A program made the translations under genes and the position numbers. 59,307 nt of DNA from a virus (lineage: Duplodnaviria > Caudoviricetes): positions 1-59,307 of IMG/VR virus record IMGVR_UViG_3300017766_003746; one strand, 5' to 3'. Below are positions 18,237-26,777 of the stretch, piece by piece. Numbering within the stretch: the stretch's first letter is position 1; each line of letters starts with the position of its first letter. The notes beneath the pieces are model-generated. The model was not told where the DNA came from. It worked only from the letters and a program-made list of their open reading frames with translations, and ran no database searches.

Positions 18237-18613
18237 AAGCGACCGACCCCGAAGCACTGAAGGCGCTGGCCAAGCTTGGCGCTGGCCATGCCGTGATCTA
18301 CCTCCCCGACAGCACCACGCCCGAGCCGGTGACCACCGCAGGCGAGTTTCGCGGCCGGCCGTTCTTCATGCTGGGGGACGTGGCCCACTGGATCCCGCCC
18401 GAGCTTGACGCCCGCGTGGGACCGCTGGCCGTGGCCTACTACGAAAAGGGGCGGCTGCGCTTCTACGTGACGCCCGTCACGGAAGCCGGGGAGATTCGCA
18501 CCGGGGCCGTGATTGACGCCATCGAAGACGCCCGCCAGGCACTGGAAGCCGGGCAGGGGATTGCCGCCGCCGTCGAGGCGCTGGACCCCCTCGGCGAATT
18601 TTCCGCAAAATAG
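18233..18613 (+). CDS. Hypothetical protein, candidate MuF immunity partner
   Basis: ATGA-coupled directly to the MuF stop; function inferred from position only. Confidence 0.6.
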   Translation: MKATDPEALKALAKLGAGHAVIYLPDSTTPEPVTTAGEFRGRPFFMLGDVAHWIPPELDARVGPLAVAYYEKGRLRFYVTPVTEAGEIRTGAVIDAIEDARQALEAGQGIAAAVEALDPLGEFSAK

Positions 18614-18616
18614 GTC

Positions 18617-18647
18617 TCGACATAGTGCCGGAAAAGGCGCATAACGT
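18617..18647 (+). promoter_or_regulatory. Putative promoter TCGACA-N17-CATAAC with motif B (18625-18640) in the spacer
   Basis: GTGCCGGAAAAGGCGC lies between the hexamers. Confidence 0.5.
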
Positions 18648-18653
18648 GCGCCG

Positions 18654-18911
18654 ATGACTGCAACGACGACACCAACGCCAGCACCGGCCAAGCTGAAGGA
18701 ATTCGGCTTTGAAACGGTGACCACCGCCACGATTGAACCCGACGCCGACAACGGCCTGCGCTGCGGCTTTGTGCTGCTGGTTTCCGGCACCTACAAGGTG
18801 CACGGCACCACCACCGAAGTCACCCGGGCACGCATTGCGAGCAACCCGAGCCGCGCCAAGGTCGAGGCCTACGCCAAGCGCCACGGCATCACCACCACCC
18901 CAACCGCCTGA
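18654..18911 (+). CDS. Hypothetical protein
   Basis: ORF after the putative promoter. Confidence 0.65.
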   Translation: MTATTTPTPAPAKLKEFGFETVTTATIEPDADNGLRCGFVLLVSGTYKVHGTTTEVTRARIASNPSRAKVEAYAKRHGITTTPTA

Positions 18912-18916
18912 ACGCC

Positions 18917-19324
18917 ATGTGGATTTTCAGCAAGCACGGTTTCTATTCGGTGACCCGCAGCCGCACGGTGAAGGGATTCATGCAAGTGCGGGCCCGCTGC
19001 CGCGGTGACCTCGAAAACCTGAAGCGCGAATTTGCGCTGACCGGCCAGATCATTGAAACGCCCGAAGCGGATTACCGCTGGCGGATCATGTGCCGCCCGA
19101 CCACGTGGGAAATGCTGGCGCTGAAGCTGGCGCAAGACGTGGACTATTCCAACTTCAAGGCCAGCGTGGGCGATGACCAGCACGACAAGCCGCTGATGCG
19201 TATCTGGCAGGCCATGCACGAATTCCAGATGGCCGACATCCGGCGCGAAGCCGCGCTGAAGCGCAAGCTGCCGCTCTTCGAAGGCGGATTTGACGAACCC
19301 GAACACCAACCCGCACACCGATGA
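18917..19324 (+). CDS. Phage hypothetical protein
   Basis: MWIF..GFYSV..VRAR..DY.WR..DYSNFK pattern, recalled from phage proteins. Confidence 0.75.
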   Translation: MWIFSKHGFYSVTRSRTVKGFMQVRARCRGDLENLKREFALTGQIIETPEADYRWRIMCRPTTWEMLALKLAQDVDYSNFKASVGDDQHDKPLMRIWQAMHEFQMADIRREAALKRKLPLFEGGFDEPEHQPAHR

Positions 19325-19629
19325 CCACCGTCCACAAATTCAAGATTGCCCCCAAGGTGAAGATGCCAACCGGGGCCGTGATTCTCAAGGTCGCTTACGA
19401 CTTCAACGAAGGGTGCGCCTGCATTTGGGCGCTGGTGGACACCAGCCAGCCGATGGAAACCCGCCATTTTGCGATGGCCAAGACCGGCGAGGAAATGGCA
19501 CCGGCCATTGCCGATTGCCCGCACCTTGACACGCTGGTGGCCGCCATTCCCGACGGCAAGGGCGGCGTGAAGACCATCGTCACCCACGTGTGGGAGGTGC
19601 CCAACTACCTGGTGAAGAAAAAGACCTGA
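19321..19629 (+). CDS. Hypothetical protein
   Basis: ATGA overlap; MPTGAVIL..IWALVD..HVWE. Confidence 0.7.
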   Translation: MTTVHKFKIAPKVKMPTGAVILKVAYDFNEGCACIWALVDTSQPMETRHFAMAKTGEEMAPAIADCPHLDTLVAAIPDGKGGVKTIVTHVWEVPNYLVKKKT

Positions 19630-19632
19630 TGC

Positions 19633-19771
19633 TTTCCCGGGCGCGTGGGACCGCCCGGAAAAATGCCCGTAAGGGGGCACACCACAGGCCCGGGGGAAAC
19701 TCCGGGCCTGATTGTTTTCCGGCCCTTAGTGCCGAAAATGGCTTGCCGATACCCGGCCGCATCGGGTAAGC
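19633..19771 (+). ncRNA. Intergenic multi-hairpin element upstream of the scaffold gene
   Basis: Consecutive hairpins, including CAGGCCCGGGG-GAAA-CTCCGGGCCTG (19685-19710). Confidence 0.35.
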
Positions 19772-19781
19772 ACCTCGCACC

Positions 19782-20549
19782 ATGCTGAAGTTCATTTACA
19801 CCAACCGCGACGAAATCCCCGATGCCCTTGCCGAGCACTACACCGAAAGCAACGGCAAGTGGGTGCTGAACTGCGAAGGGGCCGTGCCCAACGCCCGGCT
19901 GGAAGAGTTTCGCACCAACAACATCGAGCTGAAGAAAAAGCTGGAAGCCTTCGACGGAATCGACCCCGTGAAAGCCAAGGAACTGATGGCCAAAGCCGAC
20001 GAAATCGAATCGGCCAAGGTGAAGGGCGACGACGCGGTGAAGGAACTGGTCGAAAAGCGGGTGGCCAAGATGAAGGAAGAGCACGACCGCGAACTTGCGG
20101 GGATGCGCACCAAGCTGGAAACCACCGAACAACAACTGGCGGTGCGCACGATTGACGCGGCACTGATCGAGGCGGGCGCGGAATTCGGACTGCGCCAGAC
20201 CGCCCACGACGACGCCGTGGCCCGTGGCCGTTCGGTGTTCAAGCTGGAAGACGGCAAGCCCGTGGCCTACAAGGGCGAGGAAAAGCTTTACGGCAAGGAC
20301 GGCAGCCCGATGACCCCGCGGGAATACATCGAAAGCCTGACCAAAGCCGCGCCGCACCTTTTCGAGCCGAGCGAAGGCAGCGGTGCCGGTGGATCCGGTG
20401 CCGGTGGTGGCGGTGGCCGCATGCCCGAGGGCGGCAACCCATGGATGAAGGAAACCTTCAACCTGACCCGCCAGGCCCAAGTCATGAAGGCCGACCCCGC
20501 AGCCGCCAAACGGCTGGCAGCCAAGGCCGGGGTGCCGCTGAAGATTTGA
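19782..20549 (+). CDS. Capsid scaffolding protein
   Basis: Coiled-coil, PHLF..S.GSGA.G and NPW..ETFNLTRQ tail; lies between MuF and the major capsid gene. Confidence 0.8.
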   Translation: MLKFIYTNRDEIPDALAEHYTESNGKWVLNCEGAVPNARLEEFRTNNIELKKKLEAFDGIDPVKAKELMAKADEIESAKVKGDDAVKELVEKRVAKMKEEHDRELAGMRTKLETTEQQLAVRTIDAALIEAGAEFGLRQTAHDDAVARGRSVFKLEDGKPVAYKGEEKLYGKDGSPMTPREYIESLTKAAPHLFEPSEGSGAGGSGAGGGGGRMPEGGNPWMKETFNLTRQAQVMKADPAAAKRLAAKAGVPLKI

Positions 20550-20558
20550 TTTTCCAAA

Positions 20559-20633
20559 CGTAGGGAACGCAAACGGCGAGCGGGAAGGCTCATATCCTTC
20601 TGACAGCGTGTTCAATTCACGCCCCTGCAACCA
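20559..20633 (+). tRNA. tRNA-Met(CAT), initiator-like
   Basis: Cloverleaf: acceptor CGTAGGG/CCCTGCA, anticodon arm GAAGG-CTCATAT-CCTTC, T arm GCGTG-TTCAATT-CACGC, encoded A-CCA. Confidence 0.88.
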
Positions 20634-20696
20634 AGCTACCCCATAAAAACGAGGCCCGGGCGGTGCACTGCCCCGGGTGTGAGACGCAACCCCAAC

Positions 20697-20733
20697 AGCC
20701 TCGCCCGGCACGGATGACCGGGCGGGGCTTTTT
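20697..20733 (+). terminator. Intrinsic terminator after the tRNA
   Basis: AGCCTCGCCCGG/CCGGGCGGGGCT stem followed by a T-run. Confidence 0.75.
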
Positions 20734-20741
20734 CGTGCCGA

Positions 20742-20757
20742 TGCGAAAATTTTCGCA
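20742..20757. repeat. Palindrome A copy 7 (8 bp upstream of the capsid promoter -35)
   Basis: TGCGAAAATTTTCGCA. Confidence 0.95.
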
Positions 20758-20765
20758 TGGCGGAA

Positions 20766-20795
20766 TTGACGCGGCCGGCCGTGGCCTGCTATGAG
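20766..20795 (+). promoter_or_regulatory. Putative sigma70-type promoter of the major capsid gene
   Basis: TTGACG-N18-TATGAG with an extended TG. Confidence 0.55.
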
Positions 20796-20893
20796 TGCCC
20801 CCGAAGTCAATCAAGGTGTGCCAGGGGTGCACCGCAAGCGGCCCGGGGGGCAGCAGAGCGACACCAACCAACAAACCAACCATTCATCCAATT

Positions 20894-21910
20894 ATGGCCG
20901 AAACCAAAGTTTCTGACGTTGTGGTGCCGGAGCTTTTCCTGCCCTACATGATTCAACGCACCGCTGAACTTTCCGAGTTCATTTCCAGCGGTATTGTGGA
21001 AAGCGCCCCGCAGTTTGACGACATTGCCACCGAAGCAGGCGGCAAATTCGCGGACATGCCTTTCTGGAATGACCTCGACGGCGACGACGAAACCGTGGAA
21101 GACGACACCGACGCCACCGTCGGCAAGATCACCGCTTCCAAGGACGTTGCCCGCATGCACGTGCGCCAAAAGGCGTTCGGTGCGCACGACCTTGCCAAGA
21201 TCCTCTCCGGTGACGACCCGATGGCCGCCATTGCCGAGCTTCTGGCCAGCTACCGCGCCCGCCGGATCCAAGCCCACGTGATTGCCACCCTGAACGGCAT
21301 TTTCGGTGCCGCTTCGATGGCCAGCAACGTGCTGGACATTCACAAGGCCAGCGGCACGCCGGATTCCACCAACTACCTCAACGGGTTGAGCTTCATCAAC
21401 GCCACCCAGTTGATGGGTGACAGCAAGGCGAAGCTGACCGCGGTCCTGATGCACAGCGCCGTGGAAAGCCACCTGCGCAAGCTGGACCTGATCGACTACA
21501 TCCCCGATTCCGAGGGCAAGGAAATGCTTGCCGTGTTCCAAGGCAAGCGGGTGATTGTTGACGACGGATGCCCGGTGGAAACCATCGACGGCAAGCCGGT
21601 TTACAGCACCTTCCTCTTCGGCCAAGGCGCGATTGCCTACGGGCTGTCCCGCAAGAACGAAGTGCCCGAAGGCGCTGCCCCCGGCAGCACGTGGCAGCTT
21701 GAATTCGGCCGCAATTCGCTGGGCTCTTCCAGCCACCTGATCAACCGTTGGCGGATCATCATGCACCCGCGTGGTGTTCGCTGGATGGAAGCGAGCGTGG
21801 CGAAGAACAACCCCACGAACGCCGAAATCGCGACCGCCAGCAACTGGCAGCGCGTGTTCGAGCAAAAGAACGTGCGCATCGTGAAGGTGCGTCACAACGT
21901 GCTGTCCTGA
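20894..21910 (+). CDS. Major capsid protein
   Basis: TKVSDVVVPELF..MPFWNDL..DPMAAIA..MHSAV..VIVDD..HPRG pattern of phage coat proteins; about 338 aa. Confidence 0.9.
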   Translation: MAETKVSDVVVPELFLPYMIQRTAELSEFISSGIVESAPQFDDIATEAGGKFADMPFWNDLDGDDETVEDDTDATVGKITASKDVARMHVRQKAFGAHDLAKILSGDDPMAAIAELLASYRARRIQAHVIATLNGIFGAASMASNVLDIHKASGTPDSTNYLNGLSFINATQLMGDSKAKLTAVLMHSAVESHLRKLDLIDYIPDSEGKEMLAVFQGKRVIVDDGCPVETIDGKPVYSTFLFGQGAIAYGLSRKNEVPEGAAPGSTWQLEFGRNSLGSSSHLINRWRIIMHPRGVRWMEASVAKNNPTNAEIATASNWQRVFEQKNVRIVKVRHNVLS

Positions 21911-21925
21911 ACCTGAACCCCTACC

Positions 21926-21959
21926 GGGGGCGGTGCCAACCGGTGCCGCCCCCTTTTTT
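21926..21959 (+). terminator. Intrinsic terminator after the capsid gene
   Basis: GGGGGCGGTGCC/GGTGCCGCCCCC followed by TTTTTT. Confidence 0.8.
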
Positions 21960-21988
21960 CTGAAGCCTGAACCAACCATTTCCGAACC

Positions 21989-22624
21989 ATGAAAAGCCTC
22001 GCAATTTTTGCCGCCCTTGTGGCCGCCGGTGCTACCCACGGCCAAAACATCCTGACCTTCGCCGCAAACGTGGCCGACGGTGAAACCTTCACCATTGGCA
22101 CCGACGTTTTCGAGTTCACCACCGACAACACCCCGACCGCGGGCCGCCGCGCCGTGGACGTTTCCGGGGGCCTGACCAATTCCACGGTGCCGACCGCCGC
22201 CGCCGCCGCCATCAACAACGGGACCGCCTACAGCGCCGTCGTGGTGGGCACCAACGTGGTGGTTTTCCACGACACCCCGGGCATTTCCGTGGCGTGCTCG
22301 GAAACCATGGCGGGATCCGGCAACGCATGGGCCGCCGCCGCGCTTTACGGCCACACCAAGGCCACCGAAAGCCCGGCGATTCCCGTCCAGCAATCGCGTG
22401 CCGTTGTGGCCGCCGAAGTGACCGCCGGGCTTTTTGCCATGGTGTTCAATGGCGCGGTGCAATCGGCCGCCGTGCAAGTGCGAACCGCCGCCGGTGCCGT
22501 GAAGGCCTTCGACGGGGTGACCCGCATCAACGGCCGCGTGGTTTCCATTGACCTGAGCGGCAGCACCGACCTTGCGGCCACCGACGTGGTCACCATTACG
22601 GCAAAGCTTGCCGTCGTGGCCTGA
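21989..22624 (+). CDS. Putative head decoration / virion protein
   Basis: A/T/V/G-rich beta-type sequence directly after the capsid gene. Confidence 0.55.
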   Translation: MKSLAIFAALVAAGATHGQNILTFAANVADGETFTIGTDVFEFTTDNTPTAGRRAVDVSGGLTNSTVPTAAAAAINNGTAYSAVVVGTNVVVFHDTPGISVACSETMAGSGNAWAAAALYGHTKATESPAIPVQQSRAVVAAEVTAGLFAMVFNGAVQSAAVQVRTAAGAVKAFDGVTRINGRVVSIDLSGSTDLAATDVVTITAKLAVVA

Positions 22625-22643
22625 GCCTGATTCCATCGCGGCG

Positions 22644-23090
22644 ATGCAACCACTACCACAGCACCGCACTGAAGCAGGGATCCCATACGACGGCCGTTTT
22701 CCCACGAAGAAACGCCGACGTGCCCCGCTTGTGGACCTCGCCGCGATGGACGCCAAGGCGGCCGAAGAAAACGCCGCCCGCGAAGCCGAAGAGGCCGAGC
22801 GCCGGAAAGCCGAAGAGGCCGAGGAAGAGAAGCGACGCGAGCAAGCACGCCGCGAAGCCGACGAATACATCAACGGGCCAGCCAAGCCCGCGCCAGAGCC
22901 GGGCCCGACGCCCGAGCCGGTGAACGAAGCGCCCGCCGAAGGTGCCGGGCAAGACATTGCCGCCGCGCTGGCCGCTGGTGCCGCTGCCGAAGCCGCAGTG
23001 GCCGAGGAAGGTGCCGCCGCGGATCCCGCGCCGGCCGCGAAGCCGAAGCCAGCCAGAGCAACCAAGCAAGCGAAGGCCCCACAGGGATGA
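22644..23090 (+). CDS. Hypothetical A/E/P-rich protein
   Basis: Low-complexity ORF in the structural operon. Confidence 0.6.
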   Translation: MQPLPQHRTEAGIPYDGRFPTKKRRRAPLVDLAAMDAKAAEENAAREAEEAERRKAEEAEEEKRREQARREADEYINGPAKPAPEPGPTPEPVNEAPAEGAGQDIAAALAAGAAAEAAVAEEGAAADPAPAAKPKPARATKQAKAPQG

Positions 23091-23929
23091 GCTACCTCAT
23101 TGTCCCCAAGCTGGTCGAAACCACCGATCAGGAGGGGGACGAAGACTACTTCCTGAAGCGCCAGACGCTTTACGCATGGATCCTTGACCAGCGGCAAAAG
23201 AAGCGGCGCAAATGCCAGGAAGTGGAGCTTCCCCCCGACGGGATCCCGTTGCCGGAAACCCGGGCGCGGGTGGTTTCTGATGCCGGGCAGCAGTGGTTTG
23301 AATTCATGTGGGTTTCGCCCGAGCCGGTGCTTGGCAATGCCGCCGCCGGGTGGACCGACCTCGGCTACTACTGCCAACTCCGGGTGGACTACAGCAACGA
23401 CTTGGTGAATTGGAGCCCGGGCAAGTTTGTGGACGCGCCGGTCCCGCTGGTGGAACGGCCGGATGGCACGCGGGAAATCTGGTGCCGTGCGCTGAACCCC
23501 GTGAACGCGCAAATCAAGACCGGGGCGCTGGTGTGCGAAAGCACGGCCGCCGACGGCGACGCCCGCAACAACCCCATCACTTCGGTGAAACTGGGTGGAA
23601 CGCTGCTGGCGCTGCCGCGCTACCCCTACAGCATGCCCACAGCAGCCGCCAACCTTCAGGCCGACATCGTGGCAGCGGGATTCCCCGGCACGATTGTGAC
23701 GGCCACCAGCGCGACCGTGTGGCGCATTTCCGTGCCTACGGTGAACTACGTCTCGTATGCCGACACCAGCCGCGTGGGCTGGCCCGGCTACCTGGTGGCC
23801 GATATGTTCGGGCAGATGACCCAAACCGTCGACGGCCGCAGCTTTCAGGGCACCTTCGTGAACGCCGCTGGCGTGCCGATAAAAGACAAGGGTTTTGCCC
23901 GCCTTGTGATCACCCCCATCCTTCGTTGA
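23087..23929 (+). CDS. Hypothetical (virion-associated?) protein
   Basis: ATGA overlap; contains VDYSNDLVNW. Confidence 0.7.
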   Translation: MSYLIVPKLVETTDQEGDEDYFLKRQTLYAWILDQRQKKRRKCQEVELPPDGIPLPETRARVVSDAGQQWFEFMWVSPEPVLGNAAAGWTDLGYYCQLRVDYSNDLVNWSPGKFVDAPVPLVERPDGTREIWCRALNPVNAQIKTGALVCESTAADGDARNNPITSVKLGGTLLALPRYPYSMPTAAANLQADIVAAGFPGTIVTATSATVWRISVPTVNYVSYADTSRVGWPGYLVADMFGQMTQTVDGRSFQGTFVNAAGVPIKDKGFARLVITPILR

Positions 23930-23932
23930 ACC

Positions 23933-24577
23933 ATGACCCCGAGCCAAACCTACGTGAGATTTCCCGCCCCAGTGTTCCTTGCCCTACGGCCGCGCCAAGG
24001 CCCGCGCCCGCGTGTGGTCGCGCCAGGCGACACGCCGCAGCCGGAAGAGCCGCAAGAGGAAGAGCAGCGCATCATACGGGAGTTCAACGAACTGCCGTTG
24101 CACCTGCAATTCGACCCCATCCGGCGCTTCCTGCTGGCCTACCTCGCGCCCATTCCCGCGCCGCTGGTGCTTTACGGGCCCGAAGACTTTGTGGCGGCCA
24201 CCGCCGACACCATGGAAGACCACGCCGACAGGGTGCTGGCGCTTTGCGGCGATGATCCGGCCGCCGTGCTGCAACCCCTGATCGATGCCGACTTGCCGAT
24301 TTACTGGGAGCGCCCCGCGCCACCCAAGCGCGTGCCCCGGGCGATTGAGAACTGGCGGGCAAAAACCATCCTGAAGCTGATGGGCATGGACGGGGCCGCC
24401 GAAGCCGCTTTTGCCGGGCTGCCCGAGCAAGAGCGCGTGGTCGTGGAAACCGCGTGGAATCAAGGGGCCATGCTGCTGCGAAAAAACGCCGCGGTGAATG
24501 GCGTTGGTGCCGCGCTGGGGCTGACATCCGCACAGATTGACCAGTTGTTTATTGAAGCCGCGGCGCTGGTCGTGTAG
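23933..24577 (+). CDS. Hypothetical protein with a fibre-chaperone-like C-terminus
   Basis: ALGLTSAQIDQLFIEAA ending, as in phage fibre-associated proteins. Confidence 0.6.
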   Translation: MTPSQTYVRFPAPVFLALRPRQGPRPRVVAPGDTPQPEEPQEEEQRIIREFNELPLHLQFDPIRRFLLAYLAPIPAPLVLYGPEDFVAATADTMEDHADRVLALCGDDPAAVLQPLIDADLPIYWERPAPPKRVPRAIENWRAKTILKLMGMDGAAEAAFAGLPEQERVVVETAWNQGAMLLRKNAAVNGVGAALGLTSAQIDQLFIEAAALVV

Positions 24578-24587
24578 GAACACCGCC

Positions 24588-24749
24588 ATGGCCAGCAAGC
24601 GACCATCCAAACCGGTTTCCAAAGCCGCAAAGCCGAATGCGAAAATTTTCGCACCGGCCAATTCCCATCAGGTGCAAAGCTGGCACCTCCTGCAGGCCGG
24701 GAAGAAACGCCGCCTCGCCAACCAAGAACCGCCACCCGAAGAGCCATGA
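24588..24749 (+). CDS. Small basic hypothetical protein
   Basis: ATG 24588; ATGA overlap with the next gene. Confidence 0.45.
   Translation: MASKRPSKPVSKAAKPNAKIFAPANSHQVQSWHLLQAGKKRRLANQEPPPEEP
24638..24653. repeat. Palindrome A copy 8
   Basis: TGCGAAAATTTTCGCA. Confidence 0.95.
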
Positions 24750-24952
24750 TCGACGACACCGACCCGCAAGCCCCGATTGACGCCCCCGAGGAAGAGCCCG
24801 CGCCCATTCCCCTCGAGGAATTCCGCGCCCGCTTCGAAAAGACGTTTCAGTTTCGCGGCATCGACATCCCCGAAGTGACCGACGAATGGCTGGCCGAGCA
24901 ACGCGACGCCGGAATGAGCCCCATCGAAGCCTTCGAAACCTTCACCGCCTGA
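24746..24952 (+). CDS. Small acidic hypothetical protein
   Basis: ORF within operon. Confidence 0.6.
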   Translation: MIDDTDPQAPIDAPEEEPAPIPLEEFRARFEKTFQFRGIDIPEVTDEWLAEQRDAGMSPIEAFETFTA

Positions 24953-24956
24953 ACCC

Positions 24957-25517
24957 ATGGCCCTGACCCTTGTCGTTGAAACCGGAGCGGGCACCAACCC
25001 CGCCGCCAACACCTACGTTTCCCGCGCCGACGCCGACACCTACCACGAAGGGGTGATCGATGGCACCGCGTGGACCGATGAAACCGAAGGTGACCGCGAC
25101 AAGGCGCTGGCCCATGCCGCCCGGATCCTCGAGACGCAATTTCGTTGGAAGGGGCAGCGGAGCTTTCCCGCGCAACCGCTGGCATGGCCCCGCAGTGGCG
25201 TGATTTCCGACGGCGTGGTTTTCGAGGAAACCGACATGCCGAAGGCCATCAAGGACGCGCAATGCGAAATTGCCCGCGAACTGCTGGTGGCCGGTGCCTT
25301 CCAGACGCGGCCGGCCAACAGCGGCGGGGCCGACCAACTGGCCGCAATCGACCTCGGGCGCGGTGCCCTGAAGCTGGAATACCAAGACCAGAGCCCCACC
25401 GCCGCCAACAGCAACGCCGACAAAACGGTGGTTTCCCCCTACGTGGTGGCGCTGCTTCGCGATTTCGGATCCTACCAGCAAGGCGGCGACCGCATGGTGC
25501 GGGTGCGCCGCGCATAA
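24957..25517 (+). CDS. Head-tail adaptor (DnaT-like annotated family)
   Basis: LVVETG.G..ANTYVS.ADAD.YH..QPLAWPR..IKDAQCE.A. Confidence 0.8.
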   Translation: MALTLVVETGAGTNPAANTYVSRADADTYHEGVIDGTAWTDETEGDRDKALAHAARILETQFRWKGQRSFPAQPLAWPRSGVISDGVVFEETDMPKAIKDAQCEIARELLVAGAFQTRPANSGGADQLAAIDLGRGALKLEYQDQSPTAANSNADKTVVSPYVVALLRDFGSYQQGGDRMVRVRRA

Positions 25518-25526
25518 CCCACCGCC

Positions 25527-25907
25527 ATGGCCAGCATCCGCGCAACCGCCAGAAAAGCCACCCGGGCCGCCTTCGCAGCCGCTGGCGACGCGCTGATTTC
25601 GGCCACGCTGAAGCTTCAGCCGACCGTCGGGGCCTACGACCCGGCAACCGACACCCAGCCGACCACGTGGGGCTTCAACGCCACGCTGAAGGCGCTGGAA
25701 TTCGACGACGTGGAAGAGAAGCGGGACAGCGCCCCGGAAGACCGCATGCGGGTGTTCCTCTTCAAAGGTGAAGACCTGGTGGCCGCCGGTGCCGAGCTGC
25801 GCGGGGAGCAAGAGGGCGAAATCACGGTTGACGCTGCCAAGTGGAACGTGGTCAAGACCGAAACCGACCCCACGGGCAGCGTGTGGATGTTCTATTGCCG
25901 CCGCTGA
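25527..25907 (+). CDS. Head closure / head-tail joining protein
   Basis: YDPAT motif; size and position in the neck module. Confidence 0.65.
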   Translation: MASIRATARKATRAAFAAAGDALISATLKLQPTVGAYDPATDTQPTTWGFNATLKALEFDDVEEKRDSAPEDRMRVFLFKGEDLVAAGAELRGEQEGEITVDAAKWNVVKTETDPTGSVWMFYCRR

Positions 25908-25911
25908 AGCC

Positions 25912-26310
25912 ATGGCCAATTTCGGGATCCGAGAGCTTGGGCACTTCATGGATGACGTGGCCGAGCAACTGGACATCGCCGTCGAAGTGGTGGCGCGAAA
26001 GCTGACCATTGATGCGTGGGGCAAGCTGGTGAAACGCACGCCGGTGGACACCGGCCGGGCCCGGGCAAGCTGGGCCATTTCGGTTTCCGAGCCCTACTCG
26101 GGGCCGCCGCCGTTGCCAGGCCAGCACGGCATGCCGAGCGAACCCGGGGTGGCACAGATTGACGGCACCACCAGCATTTTCATCACCAGCAATTTGCCTT
26201 ACATGGAGGCGCTGGAAAACGGGCACAGCGGGCAGGCACCCAACGGCATGGTGCGCATCACCGTGGCCGAAATTGCGGCCGAAATTGACAGCTTGCTGGC
26301 GGATCTGTAG
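25912..26310 (+). CDS. HK97 gp10-like neck / tail completion protein
   Basis: TPVDTGRARASW..NLPY.EALENGHS.QAP.GMV. Confidence 0.85.
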   Translation: MANFGIRELGHFMDDVAEQLDIAVEVVARKLTIDAWGKLVKRTPVDTGRARASWAISVSEPYSGPPPLPGQHGMPSEPGVAQIDGTTSIFITSNLPYMEALENGHSGQAPNGMVRITVAEIAAEIDSLLADL

Positions 26311-26320
26311 AACGGTGGCC

Positions 26321-26740
26321 ATGGACACCGAAGCCACCCGAGCCGCAGTCACCGCGCTTTTCAAAGCCGGGTGGGTTGGAACGCTGGCCGCCAGCATCCC
26401 GGTGGAATACCCAAACCAGAAATTCAAGCAGCCGGAAAGCGGCCACTGGGGGCGGCTTTCGATGCAACTCGGCGACCGCGACAGCGTGGCGATTGGAGCC
26501 ACCCGCAAGCGGCAGATGGGCATCCTCACGCTGCAAATTTTCGCGCCCGAGGAAGCCGGGACTTCGACCGCCTACAAGGCCGCCGATTTGTTCGCCGACA
26601 TTGTGGACCTGAAGGCGCTGACACCGGCCACGGGGCTGGTGATCGAATTCGAATTGGCGGGCGTGGCTGGCCCATTTGAAAGCAAGGGATTTTCGCAGAT
26701 CAACGCACAGGTGGCTTTCCGCGTGGACAAGACCACCTGA
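26321..26740 (+). CDS. Tail terminator-like protein
   Basis: YPNQKF..GILTLQIFAP..G; immediately upstream of the tail tube gene. Confidence 0.7.
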   Translation: MDTEATRAAVTALFKAGWVGTLAASIPVEYPNQKFKQPESGHWGRLSMQLGDRDSVAIGATRKRQMGILTLQIFAPEEAGTSTAYKAADLFADIVDLKALTPATGLVIEFELAGVAGPFESKGFSQINAQVAFRVDKTT

Positions 26741-26777
26741 ATCCGATAAGAGCCACCCACCAACCGCACCCACCACC

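Noticed and set aside
12090-18257. 2055-aa minus-strand ORF, and other long minus ORFs such as 20807-23947, 28526-31255 and 42427-44439
   Set aside because: Antisense shadows of high-GC3 plus-strand genes; no recognisable motifs, and they overlap well-supported genes
20640-20703. Second tRNA after tRNA-CAT
   Set aside because: Hairpins are present but there is no T-loop/anticodon cloverleaf or CCA end
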